DNA from: Octopus sinensis
Taxonomy: Eukaryota
Direction: 5' to 3'
Assembly: GCF_006345805.1 (NCBI RefSeq)
Contig: NC_043009.1
Span: 1,550,001 to 1,614,000 of the forward strand
Length of the DNA stretch: 64,000 nucleotides
Made by a program: the position numbers and the translations under genes. The first letter of the stretch is position 1; the number at the start of each line of letters is the position of its first letter. Below are positions 51,034 through 64,000 of this stretch, in pieces. The notes below the pieces were generated by a model. The model saw nothing but the letters and a program-made list of their open reading frames with translations, did no database searches and was not told where the DNA came from.

Positions 51034-51789
51034 AAAGATATGGATTCAGAGAATCATGTGGCTATCACAGTAAGCTGCCTTGATTGTTTTAGGAGCCTGG
51101 TGTTGTCCCAAACAGGGACAGACACCTTCTTTCTCTCTCTAGAGAAAGAAAGAGTTGCATCGGCAGTTGCAAATACTCATTTTCAGTTGCATAGACAAAA
51201 CATGAAATGAAAAGGCTTGCTCAAGGACACATGCCATCTGGTTCAAGAATTCAAACCATAACATGATGATTGTGAGTCAAACACTGTAACCACTAGGCCA
51301 CAGGGCAGACACAAATGCTCATACAGTTAGAGAAATCTCCTCAGTAGGGCTGCTCATATAAACAAATACAGTGTGTATATAAACATAGTTTTGCTTTACA
51401 TGTATATCTGATAAAAATATCCATACACTCGTCGATGTATATAAATACTCTTCTGGATATAGATAAGCTGGCACAGCATGTTTGTACAGGACTTCACATT
51501 TCTGTTTGTATATGAAGGGGTCCTGAAATGTTCCTGGCTTTAAGGGTATTACAAAAGGACTGGTTGAAGGCCCAGCCTTCTGAGTTCTTTTAAAGGGCTT
51601 AGAAAAACTGAAGGACTGCTGCAATAAGTGTGTGAATCTGAGAAGGAAATGTGTTGAATAAAATCATAGTTAACTTCTTCTCTTGTATTTTCTTTTACCC
51701 AAAACCAAGAACTTTTCAGTGCCTCTTTGTATGCATATATTTATTAATGGTCAACATTAAGGCATATTATATATATATATATTATATAT

Positions 51790-51845
<56 letters not shown>

Positions 51846-52581
51846 ATATATAAAGATATGGATTCAGAGAATCATGTGGCTATCACAGTAAGCTGCCTTG
51901 ATTGTTTTAGGAGCCTGGTGTTGTCCCAAACAGGGACAGACACCTTCTTTCTCTCTCTAGAGAAAGAAAGAGTTGCATCGGCAGTTGCAAATACTCATTT
52001 TCAGTTGCATAGACAAAACATGAAATGAAAAGGCTTGCTCAAGGACACATGCCATCTGGTTCAAGAATTCAAACCATAACATGATGATTGTGAGTCAAAC
52101 ACTGTAACCACTAGGCCACAGGGCAGACACAAATGCTCATACAGTTAGAGAAATCTCCTCAGTAGGGCTGCTCATATAAACAAATACAGTGTGTATATAA
52201 ACATAGTTTTGCTTTACATGTATATCTGATAAAAATATCCATACACTCGTCGATGTATATAAATACTCTTCTGGATATAGATAAGCTGGCACAGCATGTT
52301 TGTACAGGACTTCACATTTCTGTTTGTATATGAAGGGGTCCTGAAATGTTCCTGGCTTTAAGGGTATTACAAAAGGACTGGTTGAAGGCCCAGCCTTCTG
52401 AGTTCTTTTAAAGGGCTTAGAAAAACTGAAGGACTGCTGCAATAAGTGTGTGAATCTGAGAAGGAAATGTGTTGAATAAAATCATAGTTAACTTCTTCTC
52501 TTGTATTTTCTTTTACCCAAAACCAAGAACTTTTCAGTGCCTCTTTGTATGCATATATTTATTAATGGTCAACATTAAGGC

Positions 52582-52586
<5 letters not shown>
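51034..52586. repeat. 818-bp direct tandem duplication bounded by (TA)n tracts
   Basis: 51034-51768 and 51852-52586; offset 818 throughout; the ORF track gives identical 101-aa peptides at 51319 and 52137. Confidence 0.95.
51511..51731 (+). mobile_element. Mariner-derived MITE (second copy at 52329-52549)
   Basis: Imperfect TIRs tatgaaggggtcctgaaatgttcctggcttt / aaaaccaagaacttttcagtgcctctttgta, TA-flanked. The interior retains a mariner C-terminus-like K..L..C.KCVNL..KCVE*. Confidence 0.75.
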
Positions 52587-52641
<55 letters not shown>

Positions 52642-52739
52642 TATATATATTAAATAATGAAGGTAGAAATTGATATTAATCAATTAAAACCAGTGGCTTA
52701 GCATATTTTAAAAAACCCGAAGATTAAAAATTATATTAC

Positions 52740-52981
52740 ATACAAAATTAAGAGGAATGACCACTGAGGTGGACTCCTAATATGCTAAAGATAGTCAAAT
52801 TGCTTTACCATGAAGAGTGTATTCTCAAGAAAAAAAATCAGCAAAATGCCAGAATGTAAAAATGCTCTCATGGCGTTTAGCTGAAATTTTTCTTGAGAAC
52901 ACACTCTTCATGGTGAGGCAATTTGACTATCTTTAGCATATTAGGAGTCCACCTCAGTGGTCATTCTTCTTAATTTTGTAT
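52740..52981. repeat. Long inverted repeat, ~111-bp arms and 19-nt spacer
   Basis: 52740-52851 vs 52871-52981; about 8 mismatches and 1 indel, with a 49-bp perfect core. Confidence 0.95.
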
Positions 52982-54050
52982 ATATATTATATATATATAC
53001 ACACATACACCATAATAGTCAGGAGGTATGAAAGAGGAATATATATTTACTAACCACATGACATCCTTAGGATCACAGCTGTTTCACAACCTAATTCATT
53101 TAGTATTAATTTCAGTGTGGAAGAAATTATGTTCACACCAGTAGTACACTTTCGAGAAGCACGCTTAAATTCTTCATGCAGAATACGTGTTCTTTCAAAA
53201 GTGTCGATCCCCTCCTTAACCTGAGGAGACCTATTGAGTCAAGTACATCACCATCAAAAAACCAAATTTAAATTGTAGTCATGATACCTGTGCTGGTGGC
53301 ACGTTAAAAGCACCAACCGAACGTGGCCGATGCCAGTGCCGCCTTGACTGGCTTCAGTGCCGGTGGCACGTAATAAGCACCAACTGATCGTGGCCGTTGC
53401 CAGCCTCCCTTGGCACCTGTGCCGGTGGCACTTAAAAAGCACCCACTACACTCACGGAGTGGTTGGCGTTAGGAAGGGTATCCAGCTGTAGAAATACTGC
53501 CAGATCAGACTGGAGCCTAGTGCAGCCTCCTGGCTTCCCAGACCCCGGTCGAACCGTCCAACCCATGCTAGCATGGAGAACGGACGTTAAACGATGATGA
53601 TGATGATATATATATATATATAAATAAATATATATATATATATATATATAACACTGTGTGGTATGATTTTCAACAAGTAATATAGCACTCGATCAGTTAA
53701 GACAAAAAAGATGGTGATATAAAAAACCCTCACAAATCTTGTGATATACAGATACCCAGGATTTCCTGGTAGAAATATTAATCAATTTCGGTATTTATCA
53801 AGCTGGGAAATACAAGATGGTTAATTAACTACAACTGATCCAGTCAATGTCTTGATGAGGACACATTTAGAAAAGGACAGAGAAGCACTTATGCATATTC
53901 CATGAATGTAGCATTAATATTCTGGGTCATTCAATTTTTCTCAACCAACAAAAGGGCTGATTGAGTAAACCTAGCAATAACAAACCTATAATGACCACTG
54001 GAAACAACTGTAAGTCAAATTTGCTATAATAAACAAAAATATGTATTGGC

Positions 54051-54101
<51 letters not shown>

Positions 54102-54392
54102 ATATATATATACGTGTGTGTGTGTGTGTATATATGTGTGTAAATTTATGTATATACATATAAACATACATGTGTATATATACTTATACATATGTGGATA
54201 TATACCTATACATATGTGCATATATACCTAGGTACATATACATTTATCCATACACAATATGCCTATACACAAACACACAAACATTACAAATGTATTATTC
54301 TCATTTGGACAGATATATGCACACACATACAAATATAAACATACGCCTACAAATGGATACTTGCAACCTTGTATACAGGTGTATATTCAAAA

Positions 54393-54475
<83 letters not shown>

Positions 54476-56192
54476 TACACTTATAAACAAAAGTACACAC
54501 AGATGCACATATATGCACATTTGTATATTCCTGCATATGCGTATACACCCACATCGAGTCATACATAGTTCTTGCATCTGTTCATATATATATATATATA
54601 TCACCTGCACAGCTTACCTTACAAACGTATTTTCTTTATGCCTTTCATCTTCACATCTACTTCTTTCTGCCTACAAACTCACTTTATACCACACCTAATT
54701 GACATATACATTACTCCACCCACCAAAAGAACACCCTGTCAAAAACTATATATATATTATATATCTGTATATATATACATGGCTTGCTAACCAAATGAAA
54801 ACTAAACTTTCTTGATGATGGCTAGCAAGCCAAAACTTTGCACCTATTATCAACTTTTTTCCTTATAGAAATGTTATATAAATATATAAGGCACAGGTGT
54901 GGCAGTGTGGTAAAAAATCTGCTTCCCAATCACATGGTTCCAGGTCCAGTCCCACTGTGTGGCACCTTGGGCAAGTGTCCTCTACTATAGCTTCAGGCTG
55001 ACCAAAGCCTTGTGAGATGATATGATAGACAGAAGCTGAAAGAAGCCCATCATATATGTGTGTGCGTGCATGCCTTTGTAGCTGTGTTTGTCCCTGAACA
55101 CTGCTTAACAGTGTTGGTGTGTTTATGTCCCCAATAACTTGGCTATTCGGCAAATGAAACTGATAGAAACTAGGCTTTCATGGAAGATTTTAATTTAGAT
55201 CTCTTCGTAATAGGGGCTTATAACATAGACCTAGGGGCAGTTTCAGGCAAGTAGGTATCAAAAGGGTTGACTGAATCAATGGTATGATATCACTAATCCC
55301 CTTCAAATTCTTCAAGGTATTTGGCAATCCAATACAGGAGTTAGAAGTGAGATTAAAAAGTGAGGCTTGTTCAGATTAACATGAAAAGAAGCAATCACTA
55401 GCATTTCAGGAAAGCCCTTTATCTTAAAATAAGGGGCTTCCTTGCTGGAATAAAGGGGTTTCTCTCTGGAATGTTTGCTATATCTTCTGGTAAAGGTAAA
55501 TTAAAATACATTACTTTTTATTTTTGTTGTATTGACTTGTGGCAAGTACCACCTGACCACCACTAACACCATCACCACAAACACCATCACTGCTACTACC
55601 ATTACCCCTGCTACCATTACCACCACCTGTTACTCCACTGTCACCAGCAGCACCACTACCACTATGCTACTACAGCCATTAACACTACCATTAAGAATAC
55701 AACCTCCACAACAACCATCAATTCTCATACCATCACCACCATTAACAGCACGGCTGTTACTACCATTATCACCCTCACTACTACCACCATCACAATCACC
55801 ACCACCATTACTACTGCCACTGCCACCATTAAAACCAGCACCTCTGCCTTTCTCTGAATTTGTTGCAATGATATTCAATTATTGACCAAATACAGAATTT
55901 GCGCTTCATGAAGCATTACTGATATTGCAGTTGTTGTTTAGCCCCCGGCTGGTCTTTATTGAGTAAACCCATGATCAAAGATAATCCAGGCATCTCCATC
56001 TCATTGAATTCCTATATAGAAAGGACCCAGAAGTGCATTAACCAATATGCCCTATTTTAAGATATGGTTTAAGTTGGCAAAAATTTAGCTGCTATTTTCA
56101 ACCAGTCAAGCAATAATGTAAAAGTTCCTTTATGATTCTCAGAAATGAAACGGTTGATAAAATAGCTGCAGGGTGTATAATGTGCGTGTGTG

Positions 56193-56224
<32 letters not shown>

Positions 56225-57660
56225 ATATGTATGTATGTATTGAATTAGTCAAGCTAGCAATGTAAAATATTGAGATGCGGGTTTTTAGATTTTCCTGAAA
56301 TGAAATAATTTTATAACAAGTTCAATACAATCCAAAGATCAAATATTATAGATAAATTATTTGATCAGCTTCAGTGCTTAAAACCAAAGATTGTGAAATC
56401 CAATTTACAAATCAAAATGATACGAGGGAATATTCCTTCGAAAGATTTATCTGCAATTTGTGTGTATGTATGCATGTTTGTATGTGTGTGTTTGTATATA
56501 CATGTATGTGAATATTGTTGCTGGCTGTTGATGATATTTATAGCCCTAGGTCAGTTATGAATGAACAAACCTATGACCAAAAAAAAGCATTCCAATGGTA
56601 ACCATTCTGTTATCATTGGCCATTCCAGGATGCATTTACCTAATTCAACCATTTTACTTTTCTTTTTAAGACAGTACCATCTGATATAAAGGAGTATTAG
56701 CTGTTATTTCTAGCAAGTTGACTAACCACGTAGAGGCTCCATTATTAGATGTGGATATTTTATGTAACGACTGTGCAAAGGAAAGTAAATTGTGCAGAAA
56801 AAACATTGTATAAATTTGATCCAAAAAGATATTTAGTTTTGTAGGTTTATGATAAATGATCTGAATCCAACACAATATTAATTTCATTCTATTTTCTAAA
56901 TTAAAAATAATTAATGGTTGGAATTAATCATCCTGAACATGACCAGATATTACACTTTCCTCACAAGAATTTGTTGCGTATGTATTTTTGCCAAAACATA
57001 ACACTTTTTTTATTTTGCAACATAATGGTACAGGTGTGGCTGTGTGGTAAGAAGTTTACATCTCAACCATATGGTTCTGGGTTCAGTTTCACTGCATGGC
57101 ACCTTGGACAAGTGTTTTTCTACTATATAACCATGTGCCAATTAAAGTCTTCTGAGTGGATTTGGAAGACAGAAACTGAAAGTAGCATGTTGTGTGTGAG
57201 TGTGTGTTGGTGTGTGTGTGCATGTGTACACACACACACACATATATACATATTTGTATGTGTGTACAAATACATGCATATTTGTGTGTGTGTTGGCATC
57301 ATGTGACAGATGTAAACAAGTATCACTCATTTCCAATATTCTGCAAAAACATGTCTGGCCCTGGTGGGGGGGGGTAAATATTACCTTGCTTTGAAACAGG
57401 TGAGAGTTGGTGACAGGGAGAGCATCAGGACACAAAAAAACTTACCTGAAAGAATTTCATAGAACCAATGCAAGCATGGAAAAGTGGATGTTTTAATGAT
57501 GATGAAAGACAATCCATTAAACATCATTTGGTAAATTAATTGATAGCAACACTTTAATTCAGACAAAGAAAAAATCACTTCATATCTATTTTGTTCTTTT
57601 ATTTGATTGCTTTACATCCATTTTTTTATGCTGATATAGGTTAGGTGGATATTTATTTAA

Positions 57661-57866
57661 CTCTTTAGCTTTTAGATTATTCTATTAAATGCAATACTCA
57701 TTTATTTACATTGTCTTGAATTAATCATGAGAGATTTTGGTGATGTGATTGATTACTTTTAGAATAAAACTGTAGGGTAGATGTGAGAGGCCAGATCTGG
57801 CTGGTTTGAACATTAAAAACAGGTTGAATATTTTGGCTGGATATAGCCAGTTTAAATGCTGAAAGG
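57661..57866. mobile_element. piggyBac-type MITE family copy
   Basis: ttaa|ctctttagc ... gctgaaagg|ttaa: TTAA on both sides and degenerate TIRs. Confidence 0.6.
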
Positions 57867-58092
57867 TTAAAGTGGGTTTTTTTTTAATGCCTGGATGCTC
57901 TTCCTGTCACCAACTCTTCCTTGTTGAGAAGGGAGTTTTGTTCCAGTACATTGAAAGCCCAGAGCTATGAGATATAAAGTTCAAATGGAATGTAAACTGG
58001 ATAATGCTTATTTTTTTCACTTGGCTGATCTTATGTGATAAGCAGAAAAATGACAACTTTCATATGTGCACACACACACACACACATATATA

Positions 58093-58152
<60 letters not shown>

Positions 58153-58158
<6 letters not shown>

Positions 58159-58377
58159 GGGGTGCTAAAAAGTTTCTGACTTTTGGTAAAAAAAATACAG
58201 GAGGATCGGTCAATTATGATTTTATTGAACATATTCCCCTCCTCTCAGATTCCCACACTTATTGCAACGGTCCTGCAGTTTTTCTAAGCCCTGTAAAAGA
58301 ATTCAGAAGGCCGGGCCTCCAATAAAGCCTTTTATGATACCCTTAAAGCCAGGAACATTTTAGTACCCCCTTGCATA
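58153..58377 (-). mobile_element. Mariner-derived MITE, same family as 51511, opposite orientation
   Basis: TIRs tatgaaggggtgctaaaaagtttctgacttt / aaagccaggaacattttagtacccccttgcata; interior is the reverse complement of the 51511 element. Confidence 0.75.
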
Positions 58378-59344
58378 TGTGTATATGTGTGTATGTATAC
58401 ACACACACACACACACACACACACAACACAATAAGCTTCCATGCAGTTTCCATCTATGAATTTTACTCATTAATCATTATTTTGACTGAGGCAGTAGTAG
58501 AAATCACTTGGCCAAGAAATTATGCAGTGGGATTGAACCTACAGCCATGTGGTTACAAAGTAAACTTCTTACCTGCACAGCCATGCCTGTACCACACACA
58601 CACATTACCAATGTGTCACACAGTGGGACTGAACCTATGATCATTCGGCTTGAAAGCAAATCTCTTAACCACACAGCCATGCCTATGTCGGTGAGCCTAA
58701 GACCATATTCGTATGTATGCATATACCTACATATACATGCATACATACACACATACATACACATACATTCATACATATACACACACATACGTACATACAG
58801 CAGGAATAAAGAGTCAAAGAAGCAAACCAATTATGAAACAGCAGTCAACAAATGAAATAAACATTTCACCTCTTTAATCTAGGTTAATTATATACACACA
58901 CACACACATTCATACACACTCACACACACACACAAATACACACACATTCATACACACTCACACACACACACACACAAATACACACACATTCATACACACT
59001 CACACACACAATCATTTCAAATTTTGGCACAGAGCCAGCAATTTCAGAGGAGGTGGTAAGTCAATTACATCGACCCCAGTACTCAACTGGTACTTATTTT
59101 ATTGACCCCGAAAGGATGAAAGACAGTATGTATGTGTGTGTGTGAGTGTTTATTCACAGCTGACTTCTGTATAGTTTTTCTTCTAATTCCATTCACAAGA
59201 TATTGGTCAACCCAAAGCTATGTATAAAAGACCCTTGCTAAAGTTCCCACACAATGGGGCCAAACCCAAAATCAAGTGGCTGCCAAGCAGGCTTCTTAAT
59301 CACAATCCCTTACTTATGCATCAATGGATTTATGCAAGTGGATG

Positions 59345-60400
59345 CATGCAGGTTCTGAAAACGTAATAGCCAAAGTAAGAGTGAGTTGGGAAAAAATTCA
59401 GGTAGCTATCACTACAACTGTCAGCAAAAGGCATCTCTCTCAAAATAAAGGGCAATTTGTATGATGCCTGTGTATGAAATAGGATGTTGCATGATAGTAA
59501 TATATGGGTCAGAAAAGTGGCAAGTCGACAGAAACATTAGCACGCCGGGTCAAATGCTTGGCGGTATTTCGTCTGTCTTTACATTCTGAGTTCAAATTCT
59601 GTCGAGGTTGACTTCGCCTTTCATCTTTTCGGGGTCGATTAAATAAGTACCAGTTAAGCACTGGGGTCAATGTAATCGACTTAATTCGTTTGTCTGTCCT
59701 TATTTGTCCCCTCTGTGTTTAGTCCTTTGTGGGTAGTAAAGAAATAGGTATTTCGTCTGTCTTTACATTCTGAGTTCAAATTCTGCCGAGGTCGACTTCG
59801 CCTTTCATCTGTTCAGGGCTGATAAATTAAGTACCAGTTGTGTACTGGGGTCGATCTAATTGACTGAACCACTCCCCCAAAATTTCGTGCCTTGTGCCTA
59901 GAGTAGGAAAGGATATATGGGTTCAGAATAAAGAGGATTTGCAAAAGGGTAGTAGGAAATGAAACCGACATGAACAATATATTATTTCTTGTCTTCTAAT
60001 TCTATTCACAAGATACTGGTTAACCCAAAGCTGTGTATTAAGGTCTCTTGCTAAAGTTACCACACAACGGGGCCAAACCCCAAATCACGTGGTTGCAACA
60101 TTGGCTTCTTAATCACAACGGATCACAAATTGGATGGGAGACAATCTGAATGTGAAAGGAACCGTATGTAATGTGCAGGGGAGATGACTGTGCTAAATGG
60201 ACACTTGTTTGTGTAGATGTTTGCTACATAAAGACGTGTTGGGTGCATAGAGTGGATTGGACCTTATGTAAGGGATTGACCCAGGAAGATGTGGAAAGAA
60301 ATGGTGAAAACTGATCACAGGAGCCTCTGGAAGGCAACGACAAAAGATTCCAACAATTGATGATAACCAGTGATTGAGAAGATCTGCCTACTTGAGTGAA
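59345..60400 (+). mobile_element. Fragmented RTE-clade LINE (RT C-terminal region)
   Basis: Pieces translate roughly as CSENVIAKVRVSWEK..LSLQLSAKGISLKIKGNLYDACV, WVQNKEDLQ and PRKMWKEMVKTD (RTE-like GRPRKTW motif), separated by SINE insertions. Confidence 0.7.
59515..59912 (+). mobile_element. Dimeric family B SINE inserted in an RTE fossil
   Basis: Two tandem family B cores with different tails, flanked by atatatgggtcagaa (59500-59514) / atatatgggttcagaa (59913-59928). Confidence 0.75.
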
Positions 60401-60611
60401 TATCTTTTTCTCTTTCACTTCTTTTGGTCATTGGATTACAGACACCACCTTGAAGGGCCTTTAGTGAAATATATCAGCCAAAGTTCTTTCTTTCTTTTTA
60501 AGGACTGGTACTTGTATCAATCTCTATTGCCAAGACCACAAGATTATAGGGATGTAAACAAACCAACGCCATTTGTCAAGAGGTAGTAGTAGTATAAACA
60601 CAAATACACAC

Positions 60612-60670
<59 letters not shown>

Positions 60671-61704
60671 TGCAGGCATATGCATACATGCACCAAGCAG
60701 GCTTCCACACAATTTCCATCGATCAAATTCACTCAAGGCTTTGGTCAGCCTGGGAATAATATAAAAGACACTTGTCCAAAGTGGGACTGAACTTGAAACC
60801 ATGTGGTTGCAAAGCAAGGTTCTTAACTACACAGCAAAATCGTCCTGGGGTTGATTTGTTCAACCAAAGGTGGTGCTCCAGCATGGCTGCAGCCAAATGA
60901 CTGAAACAAGTAAAAAAATAAAATATTCACAAAGACACACACACACACACAAATGCAGTTACAAATAAGAGTGCATATTTTTTTTACTTGTATCAGTCAC
61001 CTGACTGCAGCCATGCTGGAGCATTGCCTTAAAGAGCCTTTTTAGTTGAAGTCAACTGCAGGACGATCTTTCGAAACTTAGTACTTACTCTATCAGTCTC
61101 TTTTGCCAAATTGCTAAGTTACGAGGGACATAAACACACCAACATTGGTTGTCAAGCGATGGCAGTGGAAGGCAAACATAGACACACCCATAAATATATA
61201 CATACATACATGATGGGCTTCTTTCAGTTTCCGTCTACAAATCCACTCTTAAGGCCTTGGTTGGCCTGGGGCTATAATAGAAGACACTTGCCCAAGGTGA
61301 CATGCAGTGGGGTTGAACCCGGAACCATGTGGTTGGGAAGCAAGCTTCTTACCACACAGCCACATGTTCACATTTACTCATGAATACACACAATCTCATA
61401 ACATCCATGCTCAAACACATTTATGTATACGCATAGTCTATAAATAAGAATGCGTTCATACACATGATGAAGGACACACAAACACACACACACAAATACA
61501 CACACATATAAACAATCAGAAATACGAGTATATACTCATGCTCATATTTATACATATAACACACACAATTTTGTGACATACATACATACACAAATACAAG
61601 CAAACACACAAACTCATAACATACAATAATAGAAACAAAACACACACACACACACACATATATATCTGATGGTGACATTGATTGAAACTAGCTTGAATAA
61701 AGTA

Positions 61705-61736
<32 letters not shown>

Positions 61737-64000
61737 GATATATATATATATATATATACATACACACACATAAACACATGCATGTGTATTTATGTATGTA
61801 TATACATAATTACACACACACAAACACATCTGTTGGTGATAATGAGTCAAATATATATATATATGCACATGTGTGTGTGTGTGTATATGTGTTATATATA
61901 TATATATATATATATACATATATTGACATGTGTGTATATACGTATGTACAATTACAAACACACACACACACACACAAAATGATTGTATGAAAAAATCCAA
62001 AGAAAATTAAGACCGTTTTTCTTGCTTGGAATCATGGAATTTAGAATTTAGCAGAAAAAGACCCAGGGTGGTGAGGTGGGGGTTGGGAAGCAGCAAAGGA
62101 TTGTTGACATTGTTGAAGACTAAAACAAGAATAAGAACATTAAATAAACTAACCACCCTCTCTTCCCATCCATCTCGACAGACACCACCACCCCCGGCTC
62201 TTCCACCCAGCCTCTATGTACCCAACCCACCCAAACACCCACAACCACCTCCCTATATTACTGTTTTGGAGATCTACTTTCACTAAGATATATATATATC
62301 CCCACCCTACAAAAAAGAAAATAAAGACCACCACCACCATCATCATTTATTCTTCAGCTATATCTATCTTTAAATATTTGAAGAATTTCTCTTCTGATTC
62401 TCTAAAAAAATCCCAACATTAAAGTTACCAATTTCCTTGTTTCTTATCTATTTTTCATTCTATTTTTTTCCCTTCAAAATACCCCTACACCCTCTAGTAA
62501 AAATTTTCTCACCCCCCTACATCCTTCTCACCTTTTCCCCTGCCTTGCTTCACCAAATACATATAGTTGTTACATACCGAGAACATATGTGGCTTTAGTA
62601 ATGGTTAGTATTATTACTGTTGGTGTTGTTGTTGTTAGTGTTGTTGTTGCTGTCAATTGGTTTTTAGCAATTCTGATAATAACGCAGTCTTTTCTTGTTT
62701 GTTGTCTTCGGCCTTCTTGTCGTCCTCGTTACTGTAATTGTTATTAAACCTGAAGATAATGTTACTGTTGTTATTATTATTATTATTATTGCTGTTGGTC
62801 ACCTTGTTACTGCCTTTACAGGTGTTGACAATGCATTTGTTAATCACAATACTGTTGTTATTAGTCTTGCTTTTGTCGTGAAGTTAATTAATTTTAGCAA
62901 TTCTGATAACGATGATGATGTTTCTGCTGCAAACAATACAGTTTTTGTTGCTAATTGTCTTCAGCCTTCTTCTTCTTCTTGTCGTCACTGTTATTCTTGT
63001 TAAACCTGAAGACAACGGCTCCTGTTAGTGTTCTTATTGTTGTTAACGATGCTTATCTTAATCCCAATACTGTTGTTGTTGTTGTTATTGCAGTTTTGGT
63101 CTTGTCTTGTAACTTTATATTAAATAAACAAAAATACAAGTTCCTCTTGTTAGCATTCTTGCTATCATTATCATTATTATTATTATTATTTACATTGATA
63201 TTGTTGTTGTTGCTATCAATATCATTATTACTATCAATGTGGATTCTTAAGACATTTTAAATTATTTTTTTGTTATTGTTATTGTGTTGATAATGCTGTT
63301 TTTATATTTGTTGTTGTTCTGGTTGATTCCAATATTATTGTTGTTGTTGTTGTTAGTGTTAAAGATCCTGAAGAGGTTTCCAATAATGTTGTTTCTGTTA
63401 GGTTCGTTGTTGTTGAGATTGATGGTGATTCTGATATTGTTGTTGTTGTTGTTGCTAGTGCTGTAGATTCTGAAGACCTTACAATTGATGATGTTTATAT
63501 TGTTGTTGTCGTGGTTACTGATGATGTTGCTGATGTTGTAGCGATTGATTATTGCTGATGTTTGCTGCGGTTATTGTTGTCGCTGATGATGATGACAACG
63601 ACAACGATGGCTGCTGTGCTTGTTGCTGGTCACCACCACCACCACCACCACCACCACCACTACCACCGTTGTTGTTGTTGTTGATACTAATATTGCTGAG
63701 GCCGTTAATTATTTCTGCTGCTGTTGTTGCTGTTGTAGTTGAATTTGATGATGTCACTATCGTTGGTGGTGGTGTTGTTGTTGTTGCTGTCGATGTTGAT
63801 GTCATCGAGTCTGATGTTGTCCCTCTTGTTGTTGTCATCGAGTCTGGTTAATATTACTGTTGCTGTTACTAATGATAGTGATGACACATCTACTCCTGTT
63901 CCTGGTGCTGCAGTTGGTATCACATCTATTCATACAGCTATCCAGATATCTATATATACATGTGTATATATATACCTGTCTGTATATTCATATATATATA

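Overview
Eukaryotic, AT-rich, CpG-poor DNA saturated with (CA/TG)n, (TA)n, (GA)n and (GAT/GGT)n microsatellites and short retroposons. The repeat inventory (several tRNA-headed SINE families, RTE-type tails, mariner/maT remnants, hAT/piggyBac MITEs, Helitron-like elements) fits a coleoid cephalopod, probably Octopus; this is inferred, not database-checked. Only one host coding segment is well supported: a 1237-bp minus-strand internal exon (47247-48483) encoding a Pro/Ala/Glu/Val/Thr-rich low-complexity region with SH3/EVH1-type ligand motifs. I found no other exons, so most of the window is probably intron or intergenic, and nearly all other listed ORFs are microsatellite artefacts. The most interesting signals are at RNA level. 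At least seven type I hammerhead-ribozyme-like cores occur, in various states of decay. One sits at the apex of a long hairpin inside a highly structured 341-nt unit present as about 1.3 tandem copies (18288-18730), an arrangement resembling a retrozyme or Penelope-type element. There are also several fold-back inverted duplications, an apparently exact 818-bp tandem duplication bounded by (TA)n, and a CpG-rich 16-bp minisatellite. All pairings and alignments were done by eye.
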